This document shows positions 13,801-26,003 of a stretch of DNA of 64,000 nucleotides, piece after piece. The notes below the pieces were generated by a model. That model was not told the DNA's origin, did not search any database, and worked only from the letters and a program-made list of their open reading frames with translations. Positions within the stretch are counted from its first letter, which is position 1; each line of letters begins with the position of its first letter. This DNA comes from Okamejei kenojei (Eukaryota): assembly GCA_035221665.1 (NCBI GenBank), contig CM069148.1, positions 26,102,001-26,166,000 of the forward strand. Direction: 5' to 3'. Both the position numbers and the translations under genes were made by a program.

Positions 13801-15169
13801 AAACCTGCAGTAAAACTCATTCAGGTTGTTCGTCAGCTGACAATTGTCCAAAGAGCGGGAGGCTTTCCTCTTATAGCTGGTGATTTCTTGCATGCCCTTC
13901 CATGCTGAAGAAGAGTTACTAGCTGAGAACTTGCTCCTCAACTTCTCAGAGTACCTTTCCTTGGCAGCTCTGATTCCTCTTCTCAGCTCTTTATCGATTA
14001 GGCTATCGTTTAACTCTTTAACGATTAGGCTATCGGCTTGACACATAGTTGCCCCCCCCCCCCCCCCCCACGATCTCGAAATGGAAATGGAAATGTTACA
14101 ACTGAATATAATGATCCCATTAAAATGTATATTTATGTCACAAACTATGGAATTCATATTTTTTCAGTATTGTTATTGAGGAAAAGACAGCAGTTCCAAT
14201 TGTTTAAAATTATTCATATGGAGGGGAAAATATAATAATAGCCTACCTTAATTTTGCTACCTCACTAAAGATAATCCCCCTTTCCCTCTTCCCTCCCCCA
14301 TCTCTCTCTCCCCTCCCCCATCTCTCTCACTTCCCTTCCCCCCTCTCTCTCCCCCTCCCACATTCCCCCCCCCCTCTTTCTGGCGGGGGTGGACGCAAAG
14401 ATGAAGGCGGCGCAGGCTCAGCAGGCGGGGGGCGATGAAGGTGGCGTGGGCACAGTGGGGGGGGGGGGGGCGTGGGCCCACCCCACCTTCATCGCCACAG
14501 CGGCATCTGGTGTTGGGGTTACAGCCGCTGGGTTCAGATTCAGCCACTCCCGCCCGGCGACGGGAGAACGGTCTCCTGGTCGCCAGGCTGGCCGTTGGTG
14601 AGGCTCCGACACTGCGGATGGAGAACTTGGAACGGGCGGGCAGACACCCCCCCCCCCCCGACACCACCCCCCCCCCCCCCCCGACACCACCCCCCCACCC
14701 CCCGGGCCTGGAGAAATGAGCACTCTCTTATCTCGCGGGCCAGATTAGACCCCTTCATGGGTAGTTTGAACCGAGGATAAAAAACAGACTCCCCCTCCTC
14801 CAATGCAATATTCCACTACTGACCTAGAGTAGACGACACGAGGCATCGAGCTCAATGTGTGGAGTGCAAATGGCAGTTGGATCCCGCCCGGGCCCACTGC
14901 GCACGTGCAGAGAGACGGCGCCATTTTGCGTCGCTTCCCCAACTGCGCAGGGAAAAATGATCCCAAATCATCCGGCGGCCGGAACTAGAATTTTAGGCGC
15001 TTTTCCGACAAAGTGGAAACGCTGAATTTTTTTTTTTCCGATATTTTTTTTTCCGAATTTTTTTTTTTTTCAGATTTTTCTTCTTTTTTTTTCCGGGATA
15101 TTTTCTTACACTGGGGAAAAAAAGGGTGGTGCAGCCGCACCCAACGCACCCCCCCTTCGGACGGCCATG
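10825..15169. mobile_element. putative hAT-like DNA element (about 4.3 kb) filled with nested CR1/Rex/SINE fragments
   Basis: TIRs CAGGCCCGTACGAAG / CATGGCCGTCCGAAG (12/15); splits a SINE that resumes after 15169; flanks tgtac / cgtac. Confidence 0.55.
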
Positions 15170-15325
15170 CGTACCCGGTTCTTGCCTTCTCCCCATATCC
15201 CCTGACTCCGCTATCTCCTGGCAGTGGTAGGAAAATTATTGCGGAGAATTCTTTGAGATAGNCTATTTACTCCCATTTGGAAGAAAATGGACTAACTAGG
15301 GATAGCCATCACACTTTGTTCACGG

Positions 15326-15469
15326 GTACACAAAAAGCTGGAGAAACTCAGCGGGTGCAGCAGCATCTAAGGAGCGAAGGAGATAGGTGACGTTTCGGGT
15401 CGAGACCCTTCTTCAGACCCTCTGCTGTGTACCCTCGATTCTCCAGCATCTGCAGTTCCTTCTTTAAAT
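15326..15469. mobile_element. short Penelope-derived insertion containing a hammerhead motif
   Basis: 20-bp TSD ccatcacactttgttcacgg at 15306-15325 and 15470-15489. Confidence 0.8.
15385..15420 (-). ncRNA. minimal type I hammerhead ribozyme motif (Penelope type)
   Basis: GGGU-CUGAAGA-A-GGGU(CUCG)ACCC-GAAA-C-GUC-ACCU: core boxes, stem II, 4-bp stem I and palindromic ACGU stem III. Confidence 0.65.
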
Positions 15470-15949
15470 CCATCACACTTTGTTCACGGATGGTCATGTC
15501 CTACTAACTTCATTGAGTTTTTTCAGGCGATGACAAAGGAGATTGATGAATGTAGGGTGGTGGATTTTAGTGAGGCTTTGGTAAGGTCCCTCATGGTAGG
15601 CTGATCCGGAAGATTAAGGTGCACAAGATTCACGGTGACTTGGTCACATGGATTCAGAACTGGCTTATTGATAGAAAACATAGGGTTGTGGTGGAGGTAA
15701 GATATTCGGGCTGGAGGTCTGCGACCAGTGGAGTTCCACAAGGATCTGTACTGGCTTCTCTGCTGTTAGTAATATATATATAAATGACTTGGACATAAAT
15801 GTAGATGGGTGAGTACGTTCGCATACATCACCAAAATTAGAGGAGTTGCAGATAGTGAGGAAGGCTGTTAGAATAAACAATGGGATAAAGATCAGTTGCA
15901 GAAATGGGCGGAGAAACAGCAGATGGACTATAACCTGAGCGAGTGTGAG

Positions 15950-16363
15950 CAGGGCCGAAAATCCTGGGGGGGACAGGGGGGCACATCCCCCTCCCCCTGC
16001 TTTGAGAGGTGGGGGACGATCCCCCCCCCACCCCCCGTGTTTTGTAATCTGGACTTTATCAGCCGCTTTCTAAGGGCTGAATCGGTCCATTCGCGGGGCC
16101 TTTCAGCGCCCGGCGGGGCTTAAAATCAAACTGCTGCATCGAGGCGAGCGAGGCACCCGATGTTGAAACACCCGCCAGCCGATGAAAGACCCCGTGAACG
16201 GGCCTATTCAAGCCCCATGATTCGGGGTGGATGAAGCTGCTGTTGCTGGAGTCACCAACCAGGTCAGCTCCCAATGTTACCGTCCACAGGGCCCGTGGTC
16301 GAAGCCTCGCGGCCGCCAAGATATAATGTCTCCCGCATGTTTTGATAGCGATTTCCTTGCCTG
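15950..16363. mobile_element. non-autonomous hAT element with 8-bp TSD
   Basis: termini CAGGGCCGAAAATC / CAGGCAAGGAAATC; TSD agtgtgag / agtatgag; interrupts a CR1. Confidence 0.7.
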
Positions 16364-16513
16364 AGTATGAGGTGATGCACTGTGGGAGGTTGAATGTAAG
16401 GGGAAAGTATATAGTTTAAAAAAAGACTCTTAACAGCATTGATGTGCAGATGGATCTTGGATCCAAGTTCATAGCTCACTGAAGGTTAGCTATGAACAAG
16501 CAGATTAACGTGG

Positions 16514-17269
16514 TGTAAATAGCTCGTTCTAAGCTTTCCCACAGTCTAGTTTCTGTCAAAAATCACTGAGACAAGCGCTTGCGCATTTAAACTTTATTTT
16601 GACAAAACACAATTACAGTTCCACTACTATACCTAACAACCCAGGTTCGATCCTCGTATCTGCCTGATCAAGCCCTCTTAGCCTCGTCCCAGCAGAGACA
16701 CTCCAGAAGGTCACGCAATCCTAAGCGTTCTCAAAGAAGATCGAAACAGACCTCGTGGGAGCGGTCTTTTATAGGTCCCCGAACCTTGAGGGGCCGAACC
16801 ACATAGGGGTGGTCTCTTTACAGTCCAATAACAGATATTGATTTACACAGTGTATGATAGACATTTCCCTAACCCAATAATACAGTGACTAATACAATGT
16901 ATTCAAATGGTGCTTCTCAAAGGAAACGAACATCACAACATGTGCCTTGATATGCAAGAAAACCAGACAAGGCTCAATACTTAATCCAATCAACATCTAG
17001 CAAAGTAAAGCTTTGCAACATTATATACAATGTGTATGTCTGGTTTGCATTCATCCAATCCATTCCATTCAATTTGCACCTAATTGTCAGGATCTGCAGA
17101 TGTTTCCAATCCCTGCAGCTCTTATCTAGGCTCTAGACAAATTAGCACCATTCTGCACCTTGTCCTATTTCTGCAGAAGGCACATTTAAATTGACCAAAT
17201 GGCCTAGCAGCCCAGTACCCTTTACTCAATTTTAGTATCCTGGCCTCTCCAATTTGGCCAGAATTAAAA
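16514..17269 (-). mobile_element. solo LTR (ERV-like)
   Basis: 4-bp TSD gtgg inside a CR1; TG at the left end (the other end reads AA, not CA); minus-strand TATAAAA 16773-16767 and AATAAA 16598-16593; CCAAT boxes upstream. Confidence 0.65.
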
Positions 17270-17604
17270 GTGGTAAAGAAAGCACATGGTATGCTTGCTT
17301 TCATTACCAGGGGCATTGAGTATGAGAGACTGGAAGTCATGTTAAGACTTTGGTTAGGCCGCAATTGGAGTATTGTGTGCAGTTCTAAATGTAAAATTAT
17401 TGTACTTAAGTATTAAGGATAATCTATGGGGGGGGTGGAAGGTTGATTTTATGGAGTAGAGACCTGAGACTTGTGTTATGCCTCAGGGATCAGTGCCTGG
17501 CCTATTGCTATTTGTCATCTATATTTATTTCAGATGATATTTTAGGAAGCAATTAATAGCACTGAGCAGCATAATCAACTGTTGGTTATGATTTGTTTTG
17601 ACAG

Positions 17605-17782
17605 TACTTTGTCCAACTGTGCCCATGCAGTGGTAGCATTGTTGTACCCATTCTCCTGGCAACACACCTTCATACCAGTGCTTCCATCCTCCATGATCGA
17701 CATAGTCTGCTGTCCAACACCCTTCCTGGTGGGCCTGCTCTCAAGTTCTCTCCCCAAACTAAAGGAACTTCCAGTGGAAGAG
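17605..17782 (+). CDS. DENND2B: DENND2B coding exon
   Basis: acag|T ACT...GAG|gtaag, 178 nt, phase fits the previous exon; TLSNCAHAVVALLYPFSWQHTFIPVLPSSMIDIVCCPTPFLVGLLSSSLPKLKELPVEE. Confidence 0.95.
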
Positions 17783-19513
17783 GTAAGAATGCACAAACGT
17801 TGCCCTATTTTAACAAGATGGTTTGCCAATATGGTATATAAGGTTCAATGTTAATAGATGTCTCACTATCTCAAATTCTCAATCAGAAAGAAATTAAACA
17901 TTAAATGTTACAATGAAACATTACTTTTCTGATGCTGCAGCAATGAGTACATTTTAGATGTATTCTCGGGAGCTAGTGACATGTTGAGATGACAAGATGC
18001 TTCATGTACACGTCATCCTTTAAGGCTCCTTTAAGTGAAAGCTAAAATGTACTTTATGCACACAGGTGTATTTGATTGCTGAGATGACATGAAAGTCAGC
18101 ATGGTTTTGTGCGTGGGAGATTGTTTCAGATGAATTGGATTGAGTTTTTTAAAGAAATATCAAGAAGGTTGATTAGCGCAGGGCTGTGGACGTAGTCTAT
18201 ATGGTCTTTTTTATTCTGCAAGGTCTTTTTATTCTGCATGGTAGCCTGCTCTGGAAGGTTAGTTGGCATGGGATCCAGTGAGAGGATAACTGGATACAGA
18301 ATTGGTTTAATGGAAGGAAGCAGACTGTGGGGGTGGAAGGTTGCTATCTACCATCTATATCATCAAGCTGGATGAGAATATATACAGCATGATCAGTTTG
18401 ATCTTTTAGAGGTGTACTGGTCTTATAGAGGTGTATAAAATCACGAGAGGAATAGACCGGGTGGTTGCACAGAGTCTCTTGCCCAGAGTGGGGGAATCGA
18501 GAACCAGATGGCATAGGTTTAAGGTGAAGGGGGAAAGATTTGATAGGAATCTGAGGGGTAGCTTTTTCACACAAATGGGCAGTGGGATAATGGAACGAGC
18601 TGCTGAAGGAGAGAGTTGAGACAGGGACTATGGCAACATTTATGAAACAATTAGACAGGTACATGGATAGTACAGGTTTAGAGGGATATGGGCCAAATGT
18701 AGGCAAGTGCGACTAGTGTAGATGGGACACGTTGGTTGGTGTGGGCAGGTTGGGGTGAAGGGCCTGTTTCCACACTGTATGACTCTGAGTAAGCTTACAG
18801 AAAACACTAAAATAGTTGGTGCAATAGAATGTCAAGATGGTAATCATTACATTACAACAGGATTTTGATCAGCTGGGCAAATGGGCTAAAGAATTGATAA
18901 TGAAGTTTAATTCAGATAAATGTGAGTTGTTACATTTTGGGAAGTGCAGGACCTTCACAGTGAACAGTAGAACCCTGAGAAGAGTTGTAAAGCAGTGGGA
19001 TCTGGGAGTAAAAGTACATGTTTCCTTGAAAGTAGATATCACAGGTAGATAGAGTGGTAATGCTTTTGGCACATTGGCCTGCATTAGTCAGGGAATTGAA
19101 TCGAGAATTTGGGACGTTATGTTACAGTATAAGACCATTGGGGAAGCTGCACATGGAGTATTGTTTAGTTTTGGTCACCCTGGAATGGGAAAGATGCTGT
19201 TAAGCTGGGTGCAGGGTGCTGGGAAAAGAGTGCACAGACGATTAGTAAGGATGTTGCCAGGATGCAAGGGCCTGAGGTATTGGGAGATATTGAGCAGACC
19301 AGGACTTAATTCCTTAGAGCACCGGAGGCTGAGGGGTGATCTTATGGAGGTGTATAAAACAACAATGAAAAATGGATAAGGTAAATGCAGAGTCCTTTTT
19401 TAGAGTCATAGCGTCATACAGCATAGAAACTGGTCCTTCTGCCCAACATGCCCCATCTACACTAGTCCACACTGTCAGCATTTGGCCGATATCCCTCTAA
19501 ATGTTTCCTATCC

Positions 19514-20735
19514 CAGAGATGCCAACTGGTACGGATTTCCCGTAATTTCTACGGAAAATTGGCCAATTACGGGCGGTACGATTTTCATACCATAAATCCC
19601 GGATTTTGCCGATTTTAAGTTAGCACATAACTCTACACTCACCGGTAGGAGGCGGCCGCCTGTGAACTGAGCGGCTCCGTCAGCGGCTCCAGCGGCTTCA
19701 GACCATCAGGGGAAAGAGGAACAATAGATATAGATGGCACTAAGGACAAACGAATGGAAGATATGCCTCCCGTTTCCCTTTCCCTTTGATTGTCAGTCTG
19801 AAGAAGGGTCTCTGCCCAAAATGTCACCTATTGCGCTCTACGATGGTTGCTTTCGTCCGTCTGTCCATGCATTCACTCACTCTTGGTGCCGGCGCTTCTC
19901 CGCTCAGACTCCGACACACACGCACACGCACACGCACACACGCAGATCGGCGCGGGCCGGGACCAGGAGCAGGGTGCAGGATGACATCAAATGGGTCATG
20001 GCAGCTATCGAAAAAGTACGGAAATTATAAGGGGTGGGGGGGCTGGGGTGGCTCAGTGGGACGGGCGCCGGCTCTGGGGAGTGGATGACTTTTCTGGTTG
20101 AGAGCCTTCTGCAGATAATCACAAGTACTCTCGCCGACGAGAGTTCAGTTCAGTCTGAAAAAGAGTCTTCTCTCCAGTCGCTGCCTGTCCCGTTGAGTTA
20201 CTCCAGCTGTATGTCTAACTTAAATTTCAAGAGTTAAATAAAAAAACACAGAGTGCTGGAGGAACTCAGCGGGCTTCGCGCATCTGTGGAGGGAATGGAT
20301 TACGAGTTGTTTCGGGCCAGGGTTCTTCTTCAATAGGAAGGAACTGCAGATCAAAGATACTAGAGCGGATACTAGTATCTTTGCTGCAGATCAGGCATGA
20401 TATTCTTCCAATTTAAATCGTAATTTCGATTTTATTGTTTTCCTATTTTATTTTTTCGCGCCCGATTATTTGGTGGCCAATCAACGACTGTCTCTAAGGG
20501 GGTTGCGTCCAATCACCGACCAGCTACCCTTAAAATTCCCGTCCAATCAATAAATCGGTCTCCTCCCGCCCAATCAGCCGCCGTCTCCAAGGGCATTGTG
20601 TCCAATCACATAATGCGCTGGTCACTTGGCAGCCAATCAGACAGTCTCCTAGGGGCCTTTTGATCAATCACCGACCTGCTTCCCTCACTAAAGCAGACGA
20701 TGGCTGCAGCCAACACACACACACAGACAGAGACA

Positions 20736-20785
<50 letters not shown>

Positions 20786-21108
20786 AGCTTCACGGACCCA
20801 GAGTACCCTTAGTTCCTAAACCCATTTCCATCACTGGAGTGTGTGTGAGTGTGTCTGTGTGTGTGAGTGTGTCTGTGTGTGCGCGTATATATGTGTGAGT
20901 GTGTGTGTCACGTTTATGTAATACCAACTAATGAACATACAGGTATGTTAATGTTAACATTATGCGCTATCGCTTGCCTGTGGGAGCCGCGCTTGCCATC
21001 ATGCAGAAAAAAAATTGCTTCGCGCAAAAAATTACTGATTTTGTCTCCAAATTACTGATTTTTAGCCTTATGATTACTGATTTGTGCTCTGGAAGGTTGG
21101 CATCTCTG
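19514..21108. mobile_element. non-autonomous hAT-like DNA transposon with 6-bp TSD
   Basis: perfect 13-bp TIR CAGAGATGCCAAC; TSD ctatcc at 19508-19513 and 21109-21114; subterminal repeats tacgga (left) and attactgattt x3 (right). Confidence 0.85.
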
Positions 21109-21173
21109 CTATCCATGTACTTGTCCAAATGTCTTTTAAAAGTTATTATAGTAGCAACTCGGATGTGGAGATG

Positions 21174-22192
21174 CAGGTATGTTACACTACATACCTTGAG
21201 CAGCGCTGCAGTTCTGCCGCTCCCCGTGTGCGTGACTTTGGCGCCTTTCAGAGGGGGGCGTGTTTAAAGTGCCGTTTTTCCACAGACAGGGCAAATCGAT
21301 CCATGTCAGGGGATTTCGTTGCTGAAGAAAAATTGCAATTCATGAAGGTATTTTTAAATTACGCTAGATTATTTATTAGCTAGAGTAATTTAAAAATCAT
21401 CTTCTAAAGTCGTGAGCGCCGACAACAGGAAGGATTTTATGTAGGGGAGAAAATAAAGTACACAGTTTATTTTTACATTAAAACTAGGTTTTTAGGAAGC
21501 CTTTAATCACATTTTCATGTTGCGAAATGGGGACAAAAAAATGTATGAACCGACAGTGTTTTTCATGCCGACCACCGCAAACCGCAATGTTCCAATCCAC
21601 CGCATTCCACTAAAACCCACTCGCAAGTTGATTTAAATGGTCATTAATTTACAGGAATTAAACACTAAATTCCTTCCATTTGGCCTATAAATTCATGAAA
21701 ATGAGATTTAAAAATCATGTTATATTGTGAATTATTGTGCGAATGTTATTTGGACACTTAGGCAATTTAAAAAAGTTTATCTTTTCTTAAGAAATGGATA
21801 GATGTTTAGATCTAGTAATTGAATTTTGTAATTAGCTACAATTAGGTAACTAACTAATTATATGCTTTAATTTCAGGTCATCCAAGTAATATTGTTTCAT
21901 ATTTGTTTCAGAATGCTTCAATCTATAATAACTGGAAATTTCATTGAGTTCTCTTAATTATTAAGAAAGTTATGGGCTTTTGACTGTCCTAGATCACAGC
22001 TTTTGTGTTAAGTCAATGGAAAGGCAATGGGGAACAAGATGCTAATTTCCGAGTATGAAAATGGCATAACTTTTTTAATACTGAAGATATGAAAGTGAAT
22101 TAGGTGTCAAATTAAACTTATTTTTATGCTTTATCTGATGGGATAAATTGCAGACTTTATTTTTTTAATCTCAAAATGTTGTAAAATTGCTA
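21174..22192 (+). mobile_element. DNA transposon family with 7-bp TSD, copy A
   Basis: termini CAGGTATGTTAC / TAGCAATTTTAC; TSD ggagatg at 21167-21173 and 22193-22199; homologous to copies B and C. Confidence 0.85.
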
Positions 22193-22399
22193 GGAGATGA
22201 GCGATGCAAACAAGGTTTAAGATTGAAGAACATGTTGATGGGAGTCTTTGTGACACAAATAAGAATTAGGTGCTCACAATCAGGGTTAAAATGGATGGTG
22301 AGATTGTGAACAATGTAATTTAGCTTGAAACAACACTTAGTAAGGATTTTGGGCCAGCAGTGAGTGCATGAATTCTTCTGACCAACATTAAAATCAGCA

Positions 22400-23125
22400 G
22401 GGTACACAAAAAGCTGGAGAAATTCAGCGGGTGCAGCAGCATCTAAGGAGCGAAGGAGATAGGCGACGTTTCGGGTCGAGACCCTTCTTCAGACTGGTCA
22501 GGGATCAGGGAAACGAGAGATATAGACGGTGATGTGGAGAGATAAGGAACAATGAGTGAAAGATATGCAAAAAAGTATCGGTGATAAAGGGAACAAGCCA
22601 TTGTAAGCTGTTTGTGGTGTGAAAATGAGAAGCTGGTGCGACTGGGGTGGGGGAGGGAGATAGAGATAGAGGGAATGCCAGGGCCCGAGCTGAGGGAGAG
22701 GTGGGAAGGGGAGGAGACAGCAAGGGTTAACAGAATTGAGAAAATTTAATATTCAAGCCCAAAGGATGCAGACTCCCCAAGCGGAATATGAGGTGCTGTT
22801 CCTCCAGCTTGCGGTGTTGCTCACTCTGGCCGTGGAGGAGGCCCAGGACCGAGAGGTCGGATGTGGAATGGGAGGGGGAGTTGAAGTGCTGAGCCACCGG
22901 GAGGTCGGGTTGGTTATTGCGGACCGAGCGGAGGTGTTCGGCGAAGCGATCGCCAAGCCTCCGCTTGGTCTCACCGATATAGATCATCTGGCATCTGGAG
23001 CAGCGGATGCAGTAGATGAGGTTGGAGGAGGTGCAGGTGAACCTCTGTCGGACCTGGAAGGACTGCTTGGGTCCCTGAAAGGAGTGGAGGGGAGAGGTGA
23101 AGGGACAAGTGTTGCATTTCTTGCG
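22400..23125 (-). mobile_element. Penelope-like element with GIY-YIG endonuclease remnant; other fragments near 26670-26985, 33390-33870, 43720-44060, 58368-58645
   Basis: NLIYCIRCSRC...IYIGETKRRLGDRFAEH...PVAQHFN...LEEQHLIFRLGSLHPLGLN; hammerhead core at 22461-22495. Confidence 0.85.
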
Positions 23126-23778
23126 GTTAAAATCAGCAGCTTTATTTTCACGATTGTAAAGCTTGCAAAAGGGGCTCTTTCTGATACTGGATCATTGACA
23201 ATGAATCTAAAACATAAGGAATACATGGATTACAAGAAGGGCTGTCTAAAGAGGATTGTGTGATGGCAAGCGAATAAGAGGATGATATGAAGGAATTAAT
23301 GTTAAAATCAATTTAAGCTGGAGCAAAATTTAAAATTTGTGATTAGCATAAAAAAGCGAAATATAACAACTGCACACCGTTGGCTGACTAGACGTGAACA
23401 TTGCAAACTCATGGGCAGAAAACACGTATTATTCTATGTATTTAATGGCTCAAAGAATGATATTTCCCTTTACATTAACATGGAAACCACATAGATTGGA
23501 TTTGTGATATTGTGTGATCATAGTTTTTAATATTCTTCTCTTTCGATGGGCTCTTGTGATAATTTGTGCAGCAAGCTGTGACATACATCAAACCCGTTGA
23601 GTGAGCTGGTCTTTTATTCTGAATTCTAAGGCCGGGATTGGGACCATATTAGCTTTTTCCTGAGGGGTTTGACCGGCAGAAGTCATATTTGCATTACCCT
23701 TGGTTAAGGTTACACGCATTTTCAATTAGAAACTTTCCTGACCATGAACTGATTATTTATTAAATTGTGTTTTTCAGG

Positions 23779-25114
23779 AGGATTGTCTACCTTTTGAAAT
23801 CGGTTCAATTATATTTGCACCGACAAAATTGCAAAATTGCAAAACCCTATAACATATAGTGGTACACGAATCTGGAAACAACTTAAAAAAAGCTTTAAAA
23901 TTGGATAATATACCACTCTGTCTCCCTATTGTAAACAATCCCTTATTCAAACCTTCCATGCTGGATAAAGGCTTTATACAATGGAAAAACTATGGAATCA
24001 AAAAGATGGAACACCTTTATAAGAAAGGCACTTATCTTTCATTTCAGCAACTGCAACAGATTTATGGATTGCACTCAAATATTTTTTTTCGATATCTACA
24101 ACTCAGAGATTATGTTAAATCAAATACACAAGATTATAGGAATAAGGAACCAGAAATCCTTGATGAATGTTTGAATAAGCGTCCTAATACAGAAAAATTA
24201 ACAACATATTTATAATACCCTTTTAGATAGCGAGATACCATCGGCAGAATCATATAGACATACATGGGAAAATGAAATAAACCAACCCATAACGAAAGAT
24301 ATATGGGACAAAAGTTTACAATATATACATCAATGCTTGTTAAATTCCAGACATGCTTTAATACATAGATTACATTACTCAAAAGTTAATTTGAATAGAA
24401 TCTTTCCACAGGTCTCCTCTATCTGTGATAAATGTCAGCATCCAGAGGCTAATTTAACACATACTTTTGCAAATTGTATAAAAATTAAGAATTTTTGGAT
24501 TGAGATTTTTAGAATAACTTCTGAAGTTATTAATACTAAACTGGATCCGGACTTGGAATATCAGAACAAAGTTTAACTCTTACAACAAGTCAAAGGCATT
24601 TCCTAGATTACAGTATAATAATTGGGAAGAAATTAATATTAAAATTTTGGAAAGGCCCTATATCTCCCACAATTAAAATGTGGATTACGGAAATGTCGGA
24701 GACCCTACACCTGGAAAGAATCAGATTTGCCCCAATGGACAAACAAGAAGTTTTCATTAGAATATGGTCTTGTTTCATTGATTACTTAAAAGGGTAGATC
24801 AGTTCGGCAGGGAACCCTAACTGAAACTTGGACTCAGGATTAGATGAAAAGTTATACTCTATATTCCTTGATCTTATCTTCAATGATGTATTAATGGTAA
24901 ATTATTCCATCCTTTATGATTTTTTTTGATTTTTATTTTATTTTTCTTTCTGTTTTTCTCTCTTTATAAAAAAAATAAAAAAATTATTAGAGACAAAATG
25001 ATTCACTTGATAATATTAATAATGTATGACTGTTGTACACGAAATATTGCTATCATAATATGTGTTTGCTAAGTCACTGCTTACATACTCTAATAAAAAA
25101 AAATATATTTTTTA
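23779..25114 (+). mobile_element. 5'-truncated L1/Tx1-clade LINE inserted at a DENND2B splice acceptor
   Basis: ORF2 C-terminal remnants (FFRYLQLRDY, CDKC..H zinc knuckle); AATAAA and A-tail near 25092; 17-bp TSD aaattgtgtttttcagg at 23762-23778 and 25115-25131. Confidence 0.9.
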
Positions 25115-25130
25115 AAATTGTGTTTTTCAG

Positions 25131-25172
25131 GCACTGATGGTGGATTTAGGAGCAGATCGCTTCCTTCGACAG
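25131..25172 (+). CDS. DENND2B: DENND2B 42-nt coding exon
   Basis: tttcag|GCA...CAG|gtaag; ALMVDLGADRFLRQ. Confidence 0.93.
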
Positions 25173-26003
25173 GTAAGAACTTTTTAACATAAATATCCCT
25201 CCGTGCAACACGCTGAGGAATATCTGTCTATTAAACGCTGGGTTCAACATTATCATCAAGGACCGTGTATGACTGCTGACAGGATAGCACGCAACTGCTG
25301 ACTGGATAGCACGCAACAAAAGCTGTTCACTGTGACACGTGACAATAAACTAAACTGAACTGATTCGTACAGATGTCCACAAAATATGCACATTATATGT
25401 GGCAGTGCGATTGACTTATGAACAAAGTACTAGTAAAAAAATGTTCATAGGGCAGTGAGAGGGAGAGTCTGGAAAGGGAATATACAAGCTATAAAATGAG
25501 AGAATAATGGCACAAACATGAGAGGAGCTATAGGACATACCATTAGATCAGATGATTCAGAGAGAGAATAGCTGAACCATTATCACATCACGTCAGTTCT
25601 AGGCAGAGTGCGATTTAACTGAGGTTCCACAAGTTGATAAAGTCTACAAAGTTTCAACATGCCCAAGTGGAAGGACTGCCGTTCCTCACACTTATGTTGT
25701 GCATCGTTATAAGAGTTCAGGAGGCCATAGAAAGGACAGAGTGAGAGTGGGAAGGAAAGTGTCAGGTGTAAGATGCTCACACTCATCCCTGTGGACTGAA
25801 TACAAAATGATCTGCAAAACAGTTACCTAATCTTTATTTGGTATCTCCAATATTGAGAAGACCACTTACCTTGCAAATTGCTATAAATCTGGGCCATAGG
25901 ATCCTTTAAATTCTCCAAATATAAATGAATTATTCAGCTATCATTTAGTGACAGGAGATAGCCAGATGGATGAATGTCTATAATTGGTTTTGTTATTATT
26001 TAG

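Noticed and set aside
20740-20783. Long poly-C run (and the single N at 15262)
   Set aside because: Homopolymer length and the ambiguous base are unreliable assembly features
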